The notes: a model not told the origin generated them from the sequence alone. DNA of 64,000 nucleotides from Bigelowiella natans CCMP2755 (GCA_000320545.1 ADNK01001780.1:1-64000); one strand, 5' to 3'; positions 41,201 through 54,906 are shown, numbered from the stretch's first letter. Program-made: numbers and translations.

Positions 41201-42202
41201 ATGGATTTCAGCTTCCAGGCAGCGCTTGTTGGCCCAGCTGAAAATGGAAAAGCAAAGCTTCTTGACGGTGGACAGCTAACCAATTGCGAATGGTGTGCCT
41301 TTTCTCCACTCTGTTCTATGATGACGTTTTGCTGCTGCACCAGGAATACTGGGCGATTCGAAGTCCCCAGCTCGACACTCTTCCAGCTCTGAAGTAGTTA
41401 TGAAAGTAATTCATGCACAAATTCTCTTTAAAAAATATCAGCAAAACCAATATTAAGGCGTGAAGTCAATTTATATACTCACGTTGCCGCATCAGGAAAA
41501 GATGTTGAAAGGAGACGATCACGTCTACTTGGTTCAATTTTTCAATATTCCCGGGAAGCAAAGGTTCTCACATCAAAAAATAGGGTTCAAGGCTTGAAAC
41601 TAAATTTTCTGATTGTCTATTAGGTTTTTGCGTCATGCGCCTTTCTATTGTGCTGGCTGCTCCGCCATCATTTTCTGCTTTGATGGTACCAAAGTTTATC
41701 AGTTTTAATCTAGGTTTAATTATCAATCAATTGCAGAAAGCGTTCCATCTAGTTTTGATCATTTGAAAGACTGGATATCGACTACCTTGCAAGATCACGA
41801 GGATAGCCCTGTCAAGCTGTTAATCAATTTCAAAGTAAGGGAATATACCAAGTTTTCTACCCCTCTTCTGACCGTACATTAATATCAGGGCGAAGGGCGT
41901 CTTCAAGTTGATACTAAAAATGCTATAGCTCTTGCCCAAAAGTATGCAATGGATTTTTTCGAAGTAGATCTATCAAAAGGTTTTGACAAATGGAACTAAT
42001 ACTAGTTTGTTGATGCTGAGTCTGATCTTCAACGTTAGGGCAAGGAATAAAGACAGCCCTTAAAAGCATGATAACTTCTGTGTCAAAACTGATACCCAAG
42101 CCCATGGACCCTTCTAACATGATAGGGAAAAATATCAAAATATGTGCAAAATTATTTCAAAATTCTAAATTCGCACCGCCTACAGAGGAGCGTGCTTATT
42201 AA
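41201..42202 (+). CDS. Highly divergent Rab-like small GTPase-fold protein (7 exons)
   Basis: MDFSFQAALVGPAENGKAKLLD|GILG..VVMK|EKMLKGDDHVYLVQFFNIPGKQR|FLRHAPFYCAGCSAIIFCFD|ESVPSSFDHLKDWI..VKLLINFK|GEGRLQVDTKNAIALAQKYAMDFFEVDLSK|GQGIKTALKSM..AY*. All introns are GT-AG and phase-consistent, and the sequence follows the Rab scaffold. Confidence 0.8.
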
Positions 42203-42745
42203 GGTCCGTTGTGTCCACAGCATCTACAATTTTGACAGTTTTGAGAAGTAGCTTTTTGTCACACATGGATATCGTGTCGTTATTCGTCAACGTTTGGGTT
42301 AGCATGTTGAACCAGCTACACAGCTAGCCCTAGAGCAAGTCTAACAGTGTGAATCTTCCAACTTGCATCGATGGTCATTAGGCCAATCGATCGATGCAAT
42401 GCGCGCACCGGTTAGCTAGCGGCGGGCACAATTAGAAGAGTGAGGCACACAGATTCAATGATCTTGTCCAATTTTAATTGATACGAGAAGAATTATTTCG
42501 CACACACACATCGATCGCTAGCTGTAGCTATGCGCGCTAGCATGGAAATCCTCGCGCCATGCGCATGCGACGTGCGGATGCAGCGTAGTGTGCGGGTAGC
42601 AGCCACAGGTCATGCAATGAATGAGTGCTCTTTGCCGGACCGTGACACACTTGTTCGGGTGACGAGTCACAGCTTGCGTGCGTCTGTCACTTGGATAGAC
42701 TGCGTGGTGCAATCAAGCAAGGTTCGTCTCCCATTCCCGCTCCTC

Positions 42746-42802
<57 letters not shown>

Positions 42803-43030
42803 TCTCTCTTGTGACCCTCTCACCCGAAACTGTCTGCCAGCTTCGATCGTGTTGCAAGCAGCAATTTTGCTCCAAACATGAATGTTCTAATCTGAACGAG
42901 GGCGAGGATGCACACGCGCATGGCTGCATGGGAATGCCTGGCACCGCACGTCAAACGTCACATCGCGACTTCAGGTTGTTTGACAGTGCACAAAAAAGAA
43001 AGGAAAAAAGAAAGAATACCCTCCCAAAAA

Positions 43031-46000
43031 ATGGATCACCAAGAAGAATTGAGGGTTTGTTTCACTTTCGCCGGCCACGGTGCTTTGACGGATGACCTGC
43101 ACAGGGCCGCGAAGCTAGCGAAGCCCCAGCGAAGGACAATCGAATCTGGCTGCTCGCGTTTCTCCCTGTATGCTGCCCAAACTGACATTGTGTTCAAGTG
43201 CCACTCGTTCCTAGGATCATCGGACGTGCTAACTCATCCCCGTCCTCCCCCAACGTGAACCTGCATTTTTGTCACTTGCAGTGCCCTGAAGCGAATTCTC
43301 AAGTTTGTGAAAACCCCTGCCGTTTTGGACAAACCTGAGCACGAAATTCCACAAATTTGAAACCCGAACAAAACCCAAATCGAAAAGTGAAAACGAGTGC
43401 TGGTTTTTACGGGAGTGTCTTAGGAAATAGTGTTGACTAAGGCAAATTTCTCGAAATCCATCCAATTTGCCTCTGGTTTTAGGGAACACTGTTCGTAGTA
43501 GTCCTCGGTGGCAAACCCCTCTTCATCCTGCCATATTTCATACGTCGTAGGATGCCATTTCATGGTAAATACATCTTTCATATGTTGTCGCTGTTGAAAA
43601 ATTTGCTTCACTTCCAAACAATGCGATGCCCCAATGGCCCCAATGCAACTGAGTACATTCGCAGAATCCACCCTTCGGAAGGAAGACTATTCTTGGTGGT
43701 GGTTTGGCGGACGAACTAAAAAGGACCCTCGTGTGTTTTGATGCAGTTGAAAATGACAAGCTTACAAATTTAGGAAACACTGTCCCAAAGTTGGAAACTT
43801 TATTTCGAAATCGGATAGGTATTCGAGTCTCTTTACAAGATGGATTCTGCGATTTTCGGCCTGTACCTGTGCGTGCTTCAACTCTTCATAGCTGTCATGA
43901 TCCTGCTCGCAAGTGTCTTACAACTTTTTACTACCAACAATGCAAAAAAACGATGGATTCTCTATCTGAACATCCTATTTGTGATCTCTCTGGTAAGTTT
44001 TCTTCATAACTAGCAACTTTGTGCGGACAATATTCACACAACTCTCTGGAAAAAGAAATATCTAGCATGGCTTCCATGATATATGACTATCCATGTTATC
44101 GATAGTAGGAGCTATCTTCAAATATGTAATTTAAATACTCGGAGGATGCATATTTTGAATCTCTAACAAGAACATTCCCGCACAATCGGCACGAAGAGTT
44201 CTATGACCCCGCCTTATCAAATCAAAATACAGTGAAACATTTGTATAAACTCAGAGTCTAATCCTTTCGTTATTTATTTGCTTCTGTGTACAGATCGGAC
44301 ATTTTCTTACTTCTCATGTTTCCAACAGCTGCATCGTATTCTTGATAACTTCTAGCATGCCCTTGATCTTGGGCGTGATAGAAGTTTCATACATTACCGA
44401 GTTGGTATTGGTTGCGGCAAAGAGGGTAGAAAAGCTTTTTGAGCTTATGACGGACAGAAAAGTGCACAAAATGCGCTTTGCCAGTTTTATTTTGAGTGTT
44501 CTCATAATTGCTGAAATAATACTGATTGGAGTGACAGGTAACTTCATCTTCAATGATTCGACAATTGCCCATGCAACATCGTCCTGAATTATTTGCTTTT
44601 CGCCCTTTATATTATTCATATTGATTAGATTTGGGCAGTGTTTCGATGATTAAAAACATTCTCATTGGTGTCTACGCCTCCGTACTCATGGCCTACAATG
44701 CCAAAGCTTTGTGGTATATGCGCGTGTCATTTCTCGAAATAATAACACTTGTTGACGCCACTCTGCAGGATATGGGTAAGGAACTGTCATGTCTTCTCAC
44801 TCACATATATAAATAACTTGAGTCCTATATCGTCATCATATTTTTCTAGTTAGCTGGCTTTGATCTTCGCGCGCTCTTTCTAAGCAAGCAGTTCAAAAAG
44901 TTCCAATTACTCAAGCTTTCCACATATGTAGACTATGAAACAGCGCGGGGAATCAAAACAAAATGGCTCCCGGTATTGCGGGAATCCAGTAGCCGAATGA
45001 CAAGGCAGCTCATCGGAACAGTCTTTTTAGGTTTGTACATCAAGAATACACGTCGATGCTGCTGATTCCTCGATTAATCATTTATCACCCATCGTATGAT
45101 CTTCTTTTTTGCAGGCTTGCTAGCCGTTACCGCCCAAATCTACGAGCTATCACTTATCATTAGACGGATATCCCAAGGCAAGCTTAGATGGTGCTCCTTG
45201 CAGCAGGAATTTGTATCGTCCACAACATTCGCACTCTTCGAGTTCGCGTGGTTTGCCTTGCCCATCTACGCCTTGTCATACGTCTGGATCCCGATGTATC
45301 TTGTTTTCTTAACTTGGACAAATCCCTCAGACTTAAATGATTCCCATAGTCATCCTAGCCGACTGGCTACATTGAGCATTAGCTTCGAAGGGAAGCGAGG
45401 AGGAGGAGAGAGAGGGTCAGAAAGAGGGTCGATCGGTAGGCGAACAAATAACAATACCTTTAGCAGCGGGCGCCGAGGGAGTGCCACCATGGCAACTCTC
45501 TTTGAAGAGAATAAAGATAGGACTATCCGGCACGACAAGCAGAAGCAACAGGAGCATCAGGGAAGCCGAACGAGCAAGGAAATGATCCCAGGACAGCATC
45601 AGCAGCAGCAGCAGCAGCAGGCTTCTCTGCAGCCCAGAGATCAATCAAGACCGGCGGATCACAAAAGATATAGTATCAGTAATAAATGCAACGATAACTA
45701 CAGTAAAGGTAGCAGCAATACCGGTGGCCACCAGAAGCGACGGCTGGTTCGTTTGGCCACCAGCTCTCCATCACATATCCATAACCTTCATCGTCCTACA
45801 CCATCTCCACAATCTGCTCGAAACTTGTTCTCCACGATGGGGAAGTTTCAGAATGGGTCGGTACCCACGAGGTCAACAGTCACAGGCACCATTACCAGGG
45901 GGAAATCGGTTGGCGAACGCATCCGAATAATGAAGCAAATAGGCTGGCAAACAGCTCCTTCCCGTCGCTCCTCCGTGAAGGAGGGCCTTGATACTAAGCG

Positions 46001-46442
46001 CGGTCCTTCTCGCTCCTATTCTCCACCTCTTTCTCGCATCCCCTATCATATAAGTCATCATCGTATGCCTCATGATCTGCATCATCTTCAACGCCAGTAT
46101 AGCAGATTCCACCACCGCCGCCGCTACCAGTAGCGGCGCCGAATACAGCAGGCCTCTTTGTTCGGGGGAGATGGCGGCGGCGGTGGCAGCGTCCATGCGG
46201 GCGTTTTAGACGTGAAAGTCGGTCATGAAGCGAGCTCGAATCCCAAAGCAGGAACACAGACCACTGACAAGGGAGGGGGGGAGGAAAGCACGCTATCACA
46301 GCAGCCTCAAAGTTGCAGTATTGCCAAGCGGAGGCACTGTTACCTAGGGTCTATGCAGCACAGCACCGGCAATCTGACCGGGATGGCAGTCAGCACATCT
46401 AAAGAGGACAATATCGGGAATGGAAGCATGAAATCACATTAG
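43031..46442 (+). CDS. Multi-pass membrane protein with a long disordered Ser/Arg/Gln-rich C-tail (GPCR-like layout); both ends uncertain
   Basis: At least five hydrophobic helices in spliced exons at 44294-45290 (CIVFLITSSMPLILGVI, FASFILSVLIIAEIILIGV, ILIGVYASVLMAY, LIGTVFL|GLLAVTAQI, FALFEFAWFALPIYALSYVW), followed by more than 250 aa of low-complexity tail. Confidence 0.55.
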
Positions 46443-48049
46443 GAGAGCAATAGGTAGAGGCAACGCAGCTACTTGGCTGACATACCCAATACCAATTTCA
46501 ACGCTAACACGAAGCCAAATCCACCTGAAGGCATTGTAAAACCTGAGAAGCCGACTCGCAAAGGAATTTCAACGCTCACAATAAAGTTATGGATGTAGAA
46601 CAGAACGGGATGATCCCCGAAATAACCTCGAGACTATTCGATAATTCTTTTTTCTAATGGATCATATCACTCAAACATCGTGAGGTGGATAAGAGGGCCA
46701 GTGAAAGATTTTCAGATGTTTTTTGCCAGTGCCCGTCATTCAGAAGTCTCCTTCTTATATGGTGTTGTCTCGGGTATCTCGTAGTAGTATCTTCTTCATT
46801 CATGATGTTGGAATGGTGTTGGAATAATGGTTTATTGTATCTAGTGTCTCCTAGTATTTATGAGCTGCACTTACGATAACCCGGAATATCCTTCAAAGGT
46901 GTCATGGAATCAAAACTAAGTGTGCATTTTTGTAATTGGCTGCACTGTTACCAGCCCAACAAGTATCATATTGTTTGTAAATAAAACCTACCAACTTCCA
47001 ACTCCTAATGTTCTGTACTGTGGTAATCACGCGCCAGCATTGACCATCCATGCCTATGAATGCGTACTCTATGCAAGTACTGCGCTCCTTAGCAAACCAT
47101 TCGACTTAGAAAGGCTTTGTGTGATGCAATGCTGGTGAGTGATGGCCGACTAGATTTTATTGACCAAGCCGGTTTCCGTGCCGTGAAGCAACACTGGCGC
47201 ATGCACGCTGCGCGCATGCATCGTCAGTGTGTGTGTACATCATTATATATCTTATTTACTGATGCTATGCCATCGGCGATCGGAAATTTACAAGGCTGAG
47301 AGTAGCTACCGCACTACTGATTAATCAACGTACTAAACAGCTGAACATAATGTATTTGTGTGTGTGCATGTACACTCACATAAAGCTATGGACAAAAGTG
47401 CGATATTATAATATATATATGAGATATTAGGGTTGAATCTCGCTATAGACTTGAATGATATATGACTTTTATGATCCATTTTGTAACAACTCAAGATCGA
47501 GGCTAGCATTTTATTTTATTGTATGACATTCGGCGTGAAGCACAGCTAAGAGATGCCCCATCAATCGCATAAGCTATCTTGACTTCCAGAGTCCCCCATA
47601 TTTGTAGTATGGATGGTCAGCATCGCCATCTACAATACCTCCACTGACCGTCTTCCAGCATTTTCCACAAACAAGATTCCATTTGCGTGACTATCAATCG
47701 TTTCCATCACATTTTCAGTTAGCTATAGTTTTACAATTTTGATTATCTCGTACGCACCCCTCTCGGATTCATAAATCTTCTTTAACAATTTGCGAAAATT
47801 TGCGGTTAGGATCCCATAAAAATAATATAAGTGTGACTATAACTAACGATAATACCTGATCAATCTGACATCGTATCAAAAGCTGAACATCTTTTCCACA
47901 CAGATCACACTTTTTGGTGGTAACTCGTTTCCCTTCCCTTTTAGCTTTCCTGGGTTATAAATGTTTTAGACTGAGCTTTCAGTCAAAGCAAACATACTCA
48001 TCTTAGAAATGAAATTTATATTGACAGACGACCTCTGCTGCTTCATCAG

Positions 48050-49275
48050 CCTCGCTTCTTGCTTTCTCCTATTGTATTGGGAAAGGGGAAAGATTAGTTA
48101 CTGGAGAGCTCGAAGTTCGGTTACACATGCCTTTCTCTCTCAGCTTTTTTGTTGGGGCGCGTTTTTTTCCTGCATGCGTCTTGTTCAAATGTCGATTCTT
48201 GCGCGGCAGTGCATGGATTTTCTTCGCTGCCGATTCCAATTGGTTTGTTGTCCCGTCCACCACTCTCTGCCGACGCTGACGACGCGCAATGATCAGCGGT
48301 GGGACTTCCGGCATTCATTTTACCTCTGAACGTGTGAGAAAATTTAGATATCTGTAACAAACGATGGACACATGCAAGTAGAAGTTAGCCTACATCTCTT
48401 TCTTCGCCCCGAAAGCTCGAACCGCAGTGCGTAAGGCGATCCGCGAACTACCGCTGCTGCTGCCTACAGATGAAAGCAAAAAAAAGATTCCCAAGCCGAG
48501 ATTTCGGGTAACACTCCAACGACGATGGGCCAAAATAACCCCCAGGGTAGCTGGACGCATGCACTAGCTCAGGACGTTCATTTGAAGGTAAGTAGGCAGG
48601 AGGCGACGTGTGGCAGAGGCTACCTCCGAAGAAGATGACCTTGTTCTCCCGAGTTGGTTACTGCGACAAGAGGTGCATCACGACGCGGTGTAAAAAGGAA
48701 CGCGATATATCTGATCGCCTATCATGTGGCCTCAAACTAAGACATTTCTACGACGTGTTCCGATGGCCATTTCCGAGGTACGGATGAAATATTGGACAAA
48801 ATTCGACAGCAAAGGAAGGCTTTTTGTGAGACTCTGAACTACAGCACGCGACGAAATACCAGCATTATGTCAAACTGGATCGACAAAAAAAAATCGGATT
48901 AACATTCTTGCATAAAATTACAAGGGAATTTTACTCTACGACATCATTTGATGTCCTTTCGAGCTAATGAGTACGATCAACAGGTCTGGAGGCGCACAGC
49001 TCACACATGGGCACAGATCATCAGGGGAGTTTCAATCCAATCTCTCGGAAAAATGATGGCAACATCCAGGACATTGATTTCACGTATCGTTGTCCAACAG
49101 GCATCACGACTATGGAACGCGGGTTTGACAAGCAAAAGGAGTTCTGGCGTGAACTCGTTCCTCTTCCAACAAACTGGTCAAGTGTTGTGCGACCTGCTTG
49201 CAGCGCGGAGCGTTCGAGCAAGCTCACTATCATCACAGTTCGGCACGACAATGTCCAAAACAGCAATTTGGTGCT
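48050..49275 (+). CDS. Possible hypothetical multi-exon gene
   Basis: Exon-like blocks with splice sites (e.g. LDACTSSGRSFE|VGYCDKRCITTRCKKERDISDRLSCG..WPFP) sit between two palindrome-rich spacers. No family was recognised and no full model could be built. Confidence 0.25.
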
Positions 49276-49744
49276 AGCATCACTCGCGCAGCGTGCTAGT
49301 GTGGTCGACCAGCCAGTGAAAACGTGTTTGCTCAACATTTCATGCTGTGTGCGTGACTGCAATCTGGCTAGCTCTAGAGCTGGCCTAGACTACTATTCAA
49401 TGTCGATCTTCACATCTTGCAGAACTTGGCATGGTTTCTACGTAGCTACGCATCATAGTGTTTTCTGCCTGGTCGAACATTGCAGCTCATTTGGAAATGT
49501 GGATTGAGTTCAAATCCTCTCGTCCTCTAGAGCGTGCACCATCGCTCTACACCAATCGCCAGTCCGCGCACAAACAATGCATTGAGTATGTGCATTGACA
49601 CGTTACGTACTATGTGTGCGCGTAAAAAGTTGTATTTGATGTCATCGTTAACCATATAATAAATTTCGGGGGAAGTTGGCAGCAAAATATGCAAATACAT
49701 GTACCAAATGAGACGTTATTGACCCAGCCTATCTAGCAGCGACG

Positions 49745-51455
49745 CTACTCCGGTGCGAGAGTTTCTTGGATGAAGCTCGAAGCTACGGACGCTAGTAAAA
49801 TTGCCACCTGGCAAAGGGAGTGCAAGATGAAATATTAGAGGGCGATGAAACGGTGTGAAGGTATGGCTAGGACATAAGGTATTGACCTTCTCGTCAGTCT
49901 CATTGAAGGCTTCATACCCTATTCCAGCTACGGATTTGTTTGCGAACTGGCAATGGGAGAAAGAGAAGACGATGCGTTATCAGTCGACGGAGGGCTAGAT
50001 GATGATGTGCTCCACCATATTTGAGAAGCACCCTTGAATGCGTGCATGGTGAGAAACGAAAATGATGTACGCTGACCTCTATGAGCCCTATCACTCGCTT
50101 AGGATCTTCAACGACGACAGGAACCAGCAGCACGCTGAACGTATCGTACCTGCAGACAAATGAGGTGAGGTTGGAGGAGGAGAAGGAGGAGGAAGGCGCC
50201 CGTCATCACGACATAATGGCTTGCTTGTGCGACACGTTAATCACTGGTCTGCTAAATTATTATCGTTGTTTTCACTGGCAGTCGAGGTGGTGGTGATGGT
50301 GGTGGTGATGGTGGTGGTGATAATGCTGCTGCTGCTGGGTAATTTTCATCTCATTACTACCCCGTGTACATATCGAAGTTCCTGGTCGAACCGCCTTCTT
50401 TCTGTGAATGCGTAATGATGGCAAAGTGCTTCATGGTCAGAAAAAGTTATAGCAACGAAGTTTCTTCTCATCAGTATTAATGCAAATTATGGTAATGGTT
50501 GTGGTGGAGACGGTGGTAATGACGATGAACATTCAGGTCGAGCTGCTGGTGTTCCTTTAAATTCTTGGGTGATGGAAATTGCACGGAGAAAGGAGAGAAA
50601 ATGAAGAATAAATGGTCCTTCCCTTACTTGGAAATTCCTCTTGTAGCTGCTAGCAACGAACGAGTTGCGAATATTAACCACTTTTCCTGTCGTCAAAACC
50701 TAGAAGCGTTCATTATGGGAATAAGCTGAAAAGAACATCTCAACCGCGACTTCATACAACCGTTTCTCATCATGTAAAGAAGCAAAACGGTCTAATAAAA
50801 TCTCTTACGGTGTGCTTAGCGCCGCCCTTTCGAATGGGAATTTTCCTAGAATCAAAACAATGGATGTGTGGGTGTGCGCAAGCTTGCAAGGTATACGACA
50901 AAATACGTCGGAAGTGAATTAGACGAAAAGAGCAAGATGTTTCATGTTGTTTTGCATGCGAAAGGAAATAGCATGGGCTGGAGACATGCTCAGACCTATT
51001 TTTTTTAAGGATGAAGCGAATCAATTCGCTGAATTCCTCAAAGCAAATGTCCGACTCTAAAGGATAGAGAAACGATCATATGATGCTAGGATGGGAGGAG
51101 GAGGCGGAGGAGGAAACTGTTATCAACATACTTAACAATGACCCCCTTCTCACACCAAAATCTCACTGCGGAAAGAGCACGGAGCGCGGTAGTAAAAGTG
51201 CCAAAAAGGAAGAGAAGACCGTTGAAGACTGTACAGAATAATAGGCATTCAGCTACCTTTAGGGTTTTCTTTGCCGTCCTCCTCATTCTTGCTGTTGCGG
51301 TTGCTGTTAATGCTGCCATGGCTCCTCATATGGCGCACCTGTCGCCAGAGGTCCTCTTCGTCAATATTCCATCCGAGCTTTTCGAAAGCGTGGTGCAGAT
51401 TCTCTGCGTTTAACGTGTTAGAATGGTCGTCGTCGTAGCGGTCAAACACGCGTCT

Positions 51456-51504
<49 letters not shown>

Positions 51505-51669
51505 CAAAGCAAAATTCGTTTTAAAACTCATCACAACAAGGGTGGTAGAAGACATGGAGTTAGCAGCAGCAGCAGCAGCAGCAGCTCCTCTGAGATCCAG
51601 AGAAGCCCCGGCAGCTGCGGCCAGGCAACAAGCCAAGTTCGCAGCATCAGCACCAACACTCTCATTACC

Positions 51670-51710
<41 letters not shown>

Positions 51711-52408
51711 CGAAGTCGTTCGCGGGACGGTATTTCTCCGCGAAAGGCCCGTGAGGTTAAGTGCTCTCCGTCGTCGGTTACTAGCCATAAGTTACACCTC
51801 TGTGCGCCTAGGATCCTCCTCCCGTCACGGACAAGTGTGTCGAAGAGGCTTCGATGTCAAGGGGGGGGGGGGGGGGGGGAGGGAGGCAAGCAATGAGCAG
51901 GAGGAGCAGAAGAAGGATTGGAGTTCTAATCGTTGGACTTCCATTCTTCCTACAAGGCGATAACTAGTACTGTAATCGATCTGTCTATTGTACCCTCCAA
52001 GTCTCTTCGCCTTCTTCTGACGCTCCGCCTATTTATGACGTAGCAAGAATCATCATCTCCATCATGGGTAGCAGCATAGCAGCATAGCAGCATGGAACTC
52101 CTCTATTCGCTCACATATGGCGTTCATACATAATCTCTTATCATGGGTCAATTTATCATCCATTCCCTCTCCTCTCCCTTTGGTATTCGACTGCGCGATG
52201 TTGTTAGCAATGGTGATGCGTCTTTTTCCATGATTTCCAATTACTTTGTCAAGGTCCATAAAGAGGAGGGACACCATTCCCAAGAAACACCCGATGACGA
52301 CGCCAACGGCAGCGCACAGCTGACGAAGAGAAGGAGTGGGCAAAGGAGTGGGGAGGCGAGGGGTTGAAGCAAAGGCATTTTCTTCCGATTTTTGCGCGCG
52401 CACGCGCA

Positions 52409-52486
<78 letters not shown>

Positions 52487-53029
52487 GAGAGACAGAGATG
52501 CCCCATCACAACAATCATGGCCATAAAACATCATCAGGACAGACGGGCTATTATTCGCTAATTATTACTGTCGAGAAAATCTTCATCCGCTTTGTGGAGA
52601 GCTGTTGCTTCGTCAACGTAGACTGTGGCAAGCCCATCTAGCACCAAAAATAAAAAAAGAAAAGAAAAAGACAGCGAAGGAAGAGGGGGGGGGGGAATGG
52701 GGTCATGTTAAATTATTTTCGTCACCATTCTTCATCAAACCTCGTGGAAAGAAAAACAACGATACGAAATTTAGACAGAACTGCCAGCAGCAACAGAGGT
52801 AGTTGATTGAATGAAAACATGAAGAAGCACGGCTCACAGTCCCGCTGGCCACCTTCGCAGCAAATTGTTCGATGACGCCTCCGAAGCACACGCCAGACAC
52901 GTCAGAGCATACCTAGCGATCGTGATATGAGCTGATGGCATTGGTGATGATTATTGGCAGAAAGGATAGCTTTCCATTGAAATATGGGTACATGCATATT
53001 ATATATGCCCCCCCACACACACTAAGATA

Positions 53030-53075
<46 letters not shown>

Positions 53076-54031
53076 TTACTTGTCCAAATGCAGCGGCAGT
53101 AAGCGTTGTGAGGCCAAATGTTACGCCTTTCAAACGAATAGATCGGAATGGAGGGAGAGAGGGGAGGGAGGGGTTACGAGTATCCGTCGTGCATATAGCG
53201 AGCAGCAAAACAGGAAAGGGCAAGAGAGGGGATCAAAGTCCAATTGAAAAAAAAAAGGCATAAATTTTGGAAACCCATATTAGTTAATAACCTGCGGCAG
53301 TGGCATTCGTACAGAGCACGTCAAACATCTTCTCACTACTCTATTTTTTCTCTTCAGTAGTCTCCTTCTTTTCAAATAGCTATACACACACATATACTTA
53401 CTACCGATGCTGTTGTCGATTATGTCTCCTGCTTGAATCATCACCAAATTATCCATGAATCCAAATCCGATCTGCGCGCAAATTATTTCCCGCATTGATG
53501 GTGGTTAGCTTAGCGATAGGCCGCACTAGAAAACATCCCGAGAAAGCATTTCTCGAAAGTAGATTTCTAAAACAATCCTTCCCCTCCCCCATATTAATCG
53601 AAGTGTTCCCGTCAAATCACGAACCATAGGGATGGCGCAGTTGATTCCGTGAATTCGCATTTGAGTCACAGTCGGGGCAGGGAGACTCTCTGATATGTCG
53701 ACGCATTGCGATTGTCAGCATATGTGCAGCCTCGTTTTCAAGGAGAACATATAAGTGGTGTAGATTCTCGTGGAATCATTAATAACGGACTTTCTGGACA
53801 TATATTATCTGTGCTCTGCGACACCACTGGCTATACTCTAAAGGTAGCTCACAGCGCTATGTCGGCTATTGGTAAGAGCACCTTCATTATTCTCCTGGGC
53901 GTTGTCACTAGTATCTGCCACCTCATTGTTCTTTGTTACGCTGAAGGCGCGACGAGATGTAGGAGCACCAAGATAGAAGGAAACCTGCGTCAATAAACAA
54001 TGGAGGTGCTGGATCTTTTGTCGTAATTGTA

Positions 54032-54075
<44 letters not shown>

Positions 54076-54315
54076 AGCGACGACGACAACGACGATGATA
54101 GTTGTTCAAGATTGGGCATGGGTCGATACTTTTGAGGAACTGAGGGAAGAACCCAGTGATACTTCTGTATTGCCAAATACGGTGACCCGCCGCCTTGAGT
54201 TTCTTGTCATGTTCTGGGTTTTGAATAGAAAACGGGCTGAAGAATAATTACGACTGCCGTCTCCTCCTCGGCGAAGAAGGGCGCGTTTGAATCGTCCGAA
54301 TCCCATTAGAATCAT
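49745..54315 (-). CDS. TMEM65: TMEM65-family protein fused to a C-terminal GAF domain containing an inserted EF-hand pair; mitochondrial-type leader; multi-exon
   Basis: TMEM65 domain: PTVTQMRIHGINCAIPM|IGFGFMDNLVMIQAGDIIDNSIG|VTFGLTTLTAAAFGQ|VCSDVSG..|MGLP..|CAAVGVVIGCFLGM. GAF segments: LGAQRCNLWLV, KIPIRKGG..|VLTTGKVVNI, RFDQEL..YDTFSVLLVPV..VIGLIE|FANK..FNETDEK. EF-hand segments: RVFDRYDDDHSNTLNAENL and ICFEEFSELI. Confidence 0.88.
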
Positions 54316-54906
54316 TGTTGGTTCTGATAATGTCTGAAGCAAGCAGCATGGACGAGGGGGGGCGGGATGTGAATTGTCTTGTATGAATATGAGTGAATAT
54401 GTGTGATTTGTATGCGCATCCTGTGCATTGTGTGCTATAGCTGAAAAAAGGATTGGAAAAATGAGTCTACGCCAAGGTCTGCTCATGTAGCAGATCGACA
54501 TGCTGTCTCGTTCTAGCCTTCCCTACCCCCTACACTGTTTTCACAAGTCTGAACCGGGCTCTCATGTCTGAACTACCTTAAAAAGCAGATTTCATACGGT
54601 TTTAATGCCTGGGATAGGCGGGGGGATAGGGGGCGGGGGGGGTTGAGGATGAAAGCGAGGGCAAGCACCGAGGTGCTTGTGTTCGTCTTTTTGTGAATCA
54701 AGTTTTTTACTAAATTCTGATCAATTTTAGTCCTATTTATCAGGGGGTAACTTTGAAAATTCTGGTATACTTCTATTCCAAGGGCGCATATCCCGATCTC
54801 GGGCAAATTGTGGCAAAAGAGTTTCAGCACCATTTCGTGTGATGTTTCTACGATAGAAAGGTGACTTCTTAAGTCTAGCTAAACGGAGGGCTTTTTCGCC
54901 CAAAAA

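Noticed and set aside
43551-43680. An NPPF (amino-methyltransferase-like) motif at the start of a putative exon
   Set aside because: It depends on an unverified exon, no SAM-binding motif I is nearby, and the context is a membrane protein.
43420-43780. Minus-strand ORFs (MDSANVLSCIG..., MFPKFVSLSF...)
   Set aside because: No recognisable motifs, and they lie antisense to plus-strand exon-like blocks with proper splice sites.
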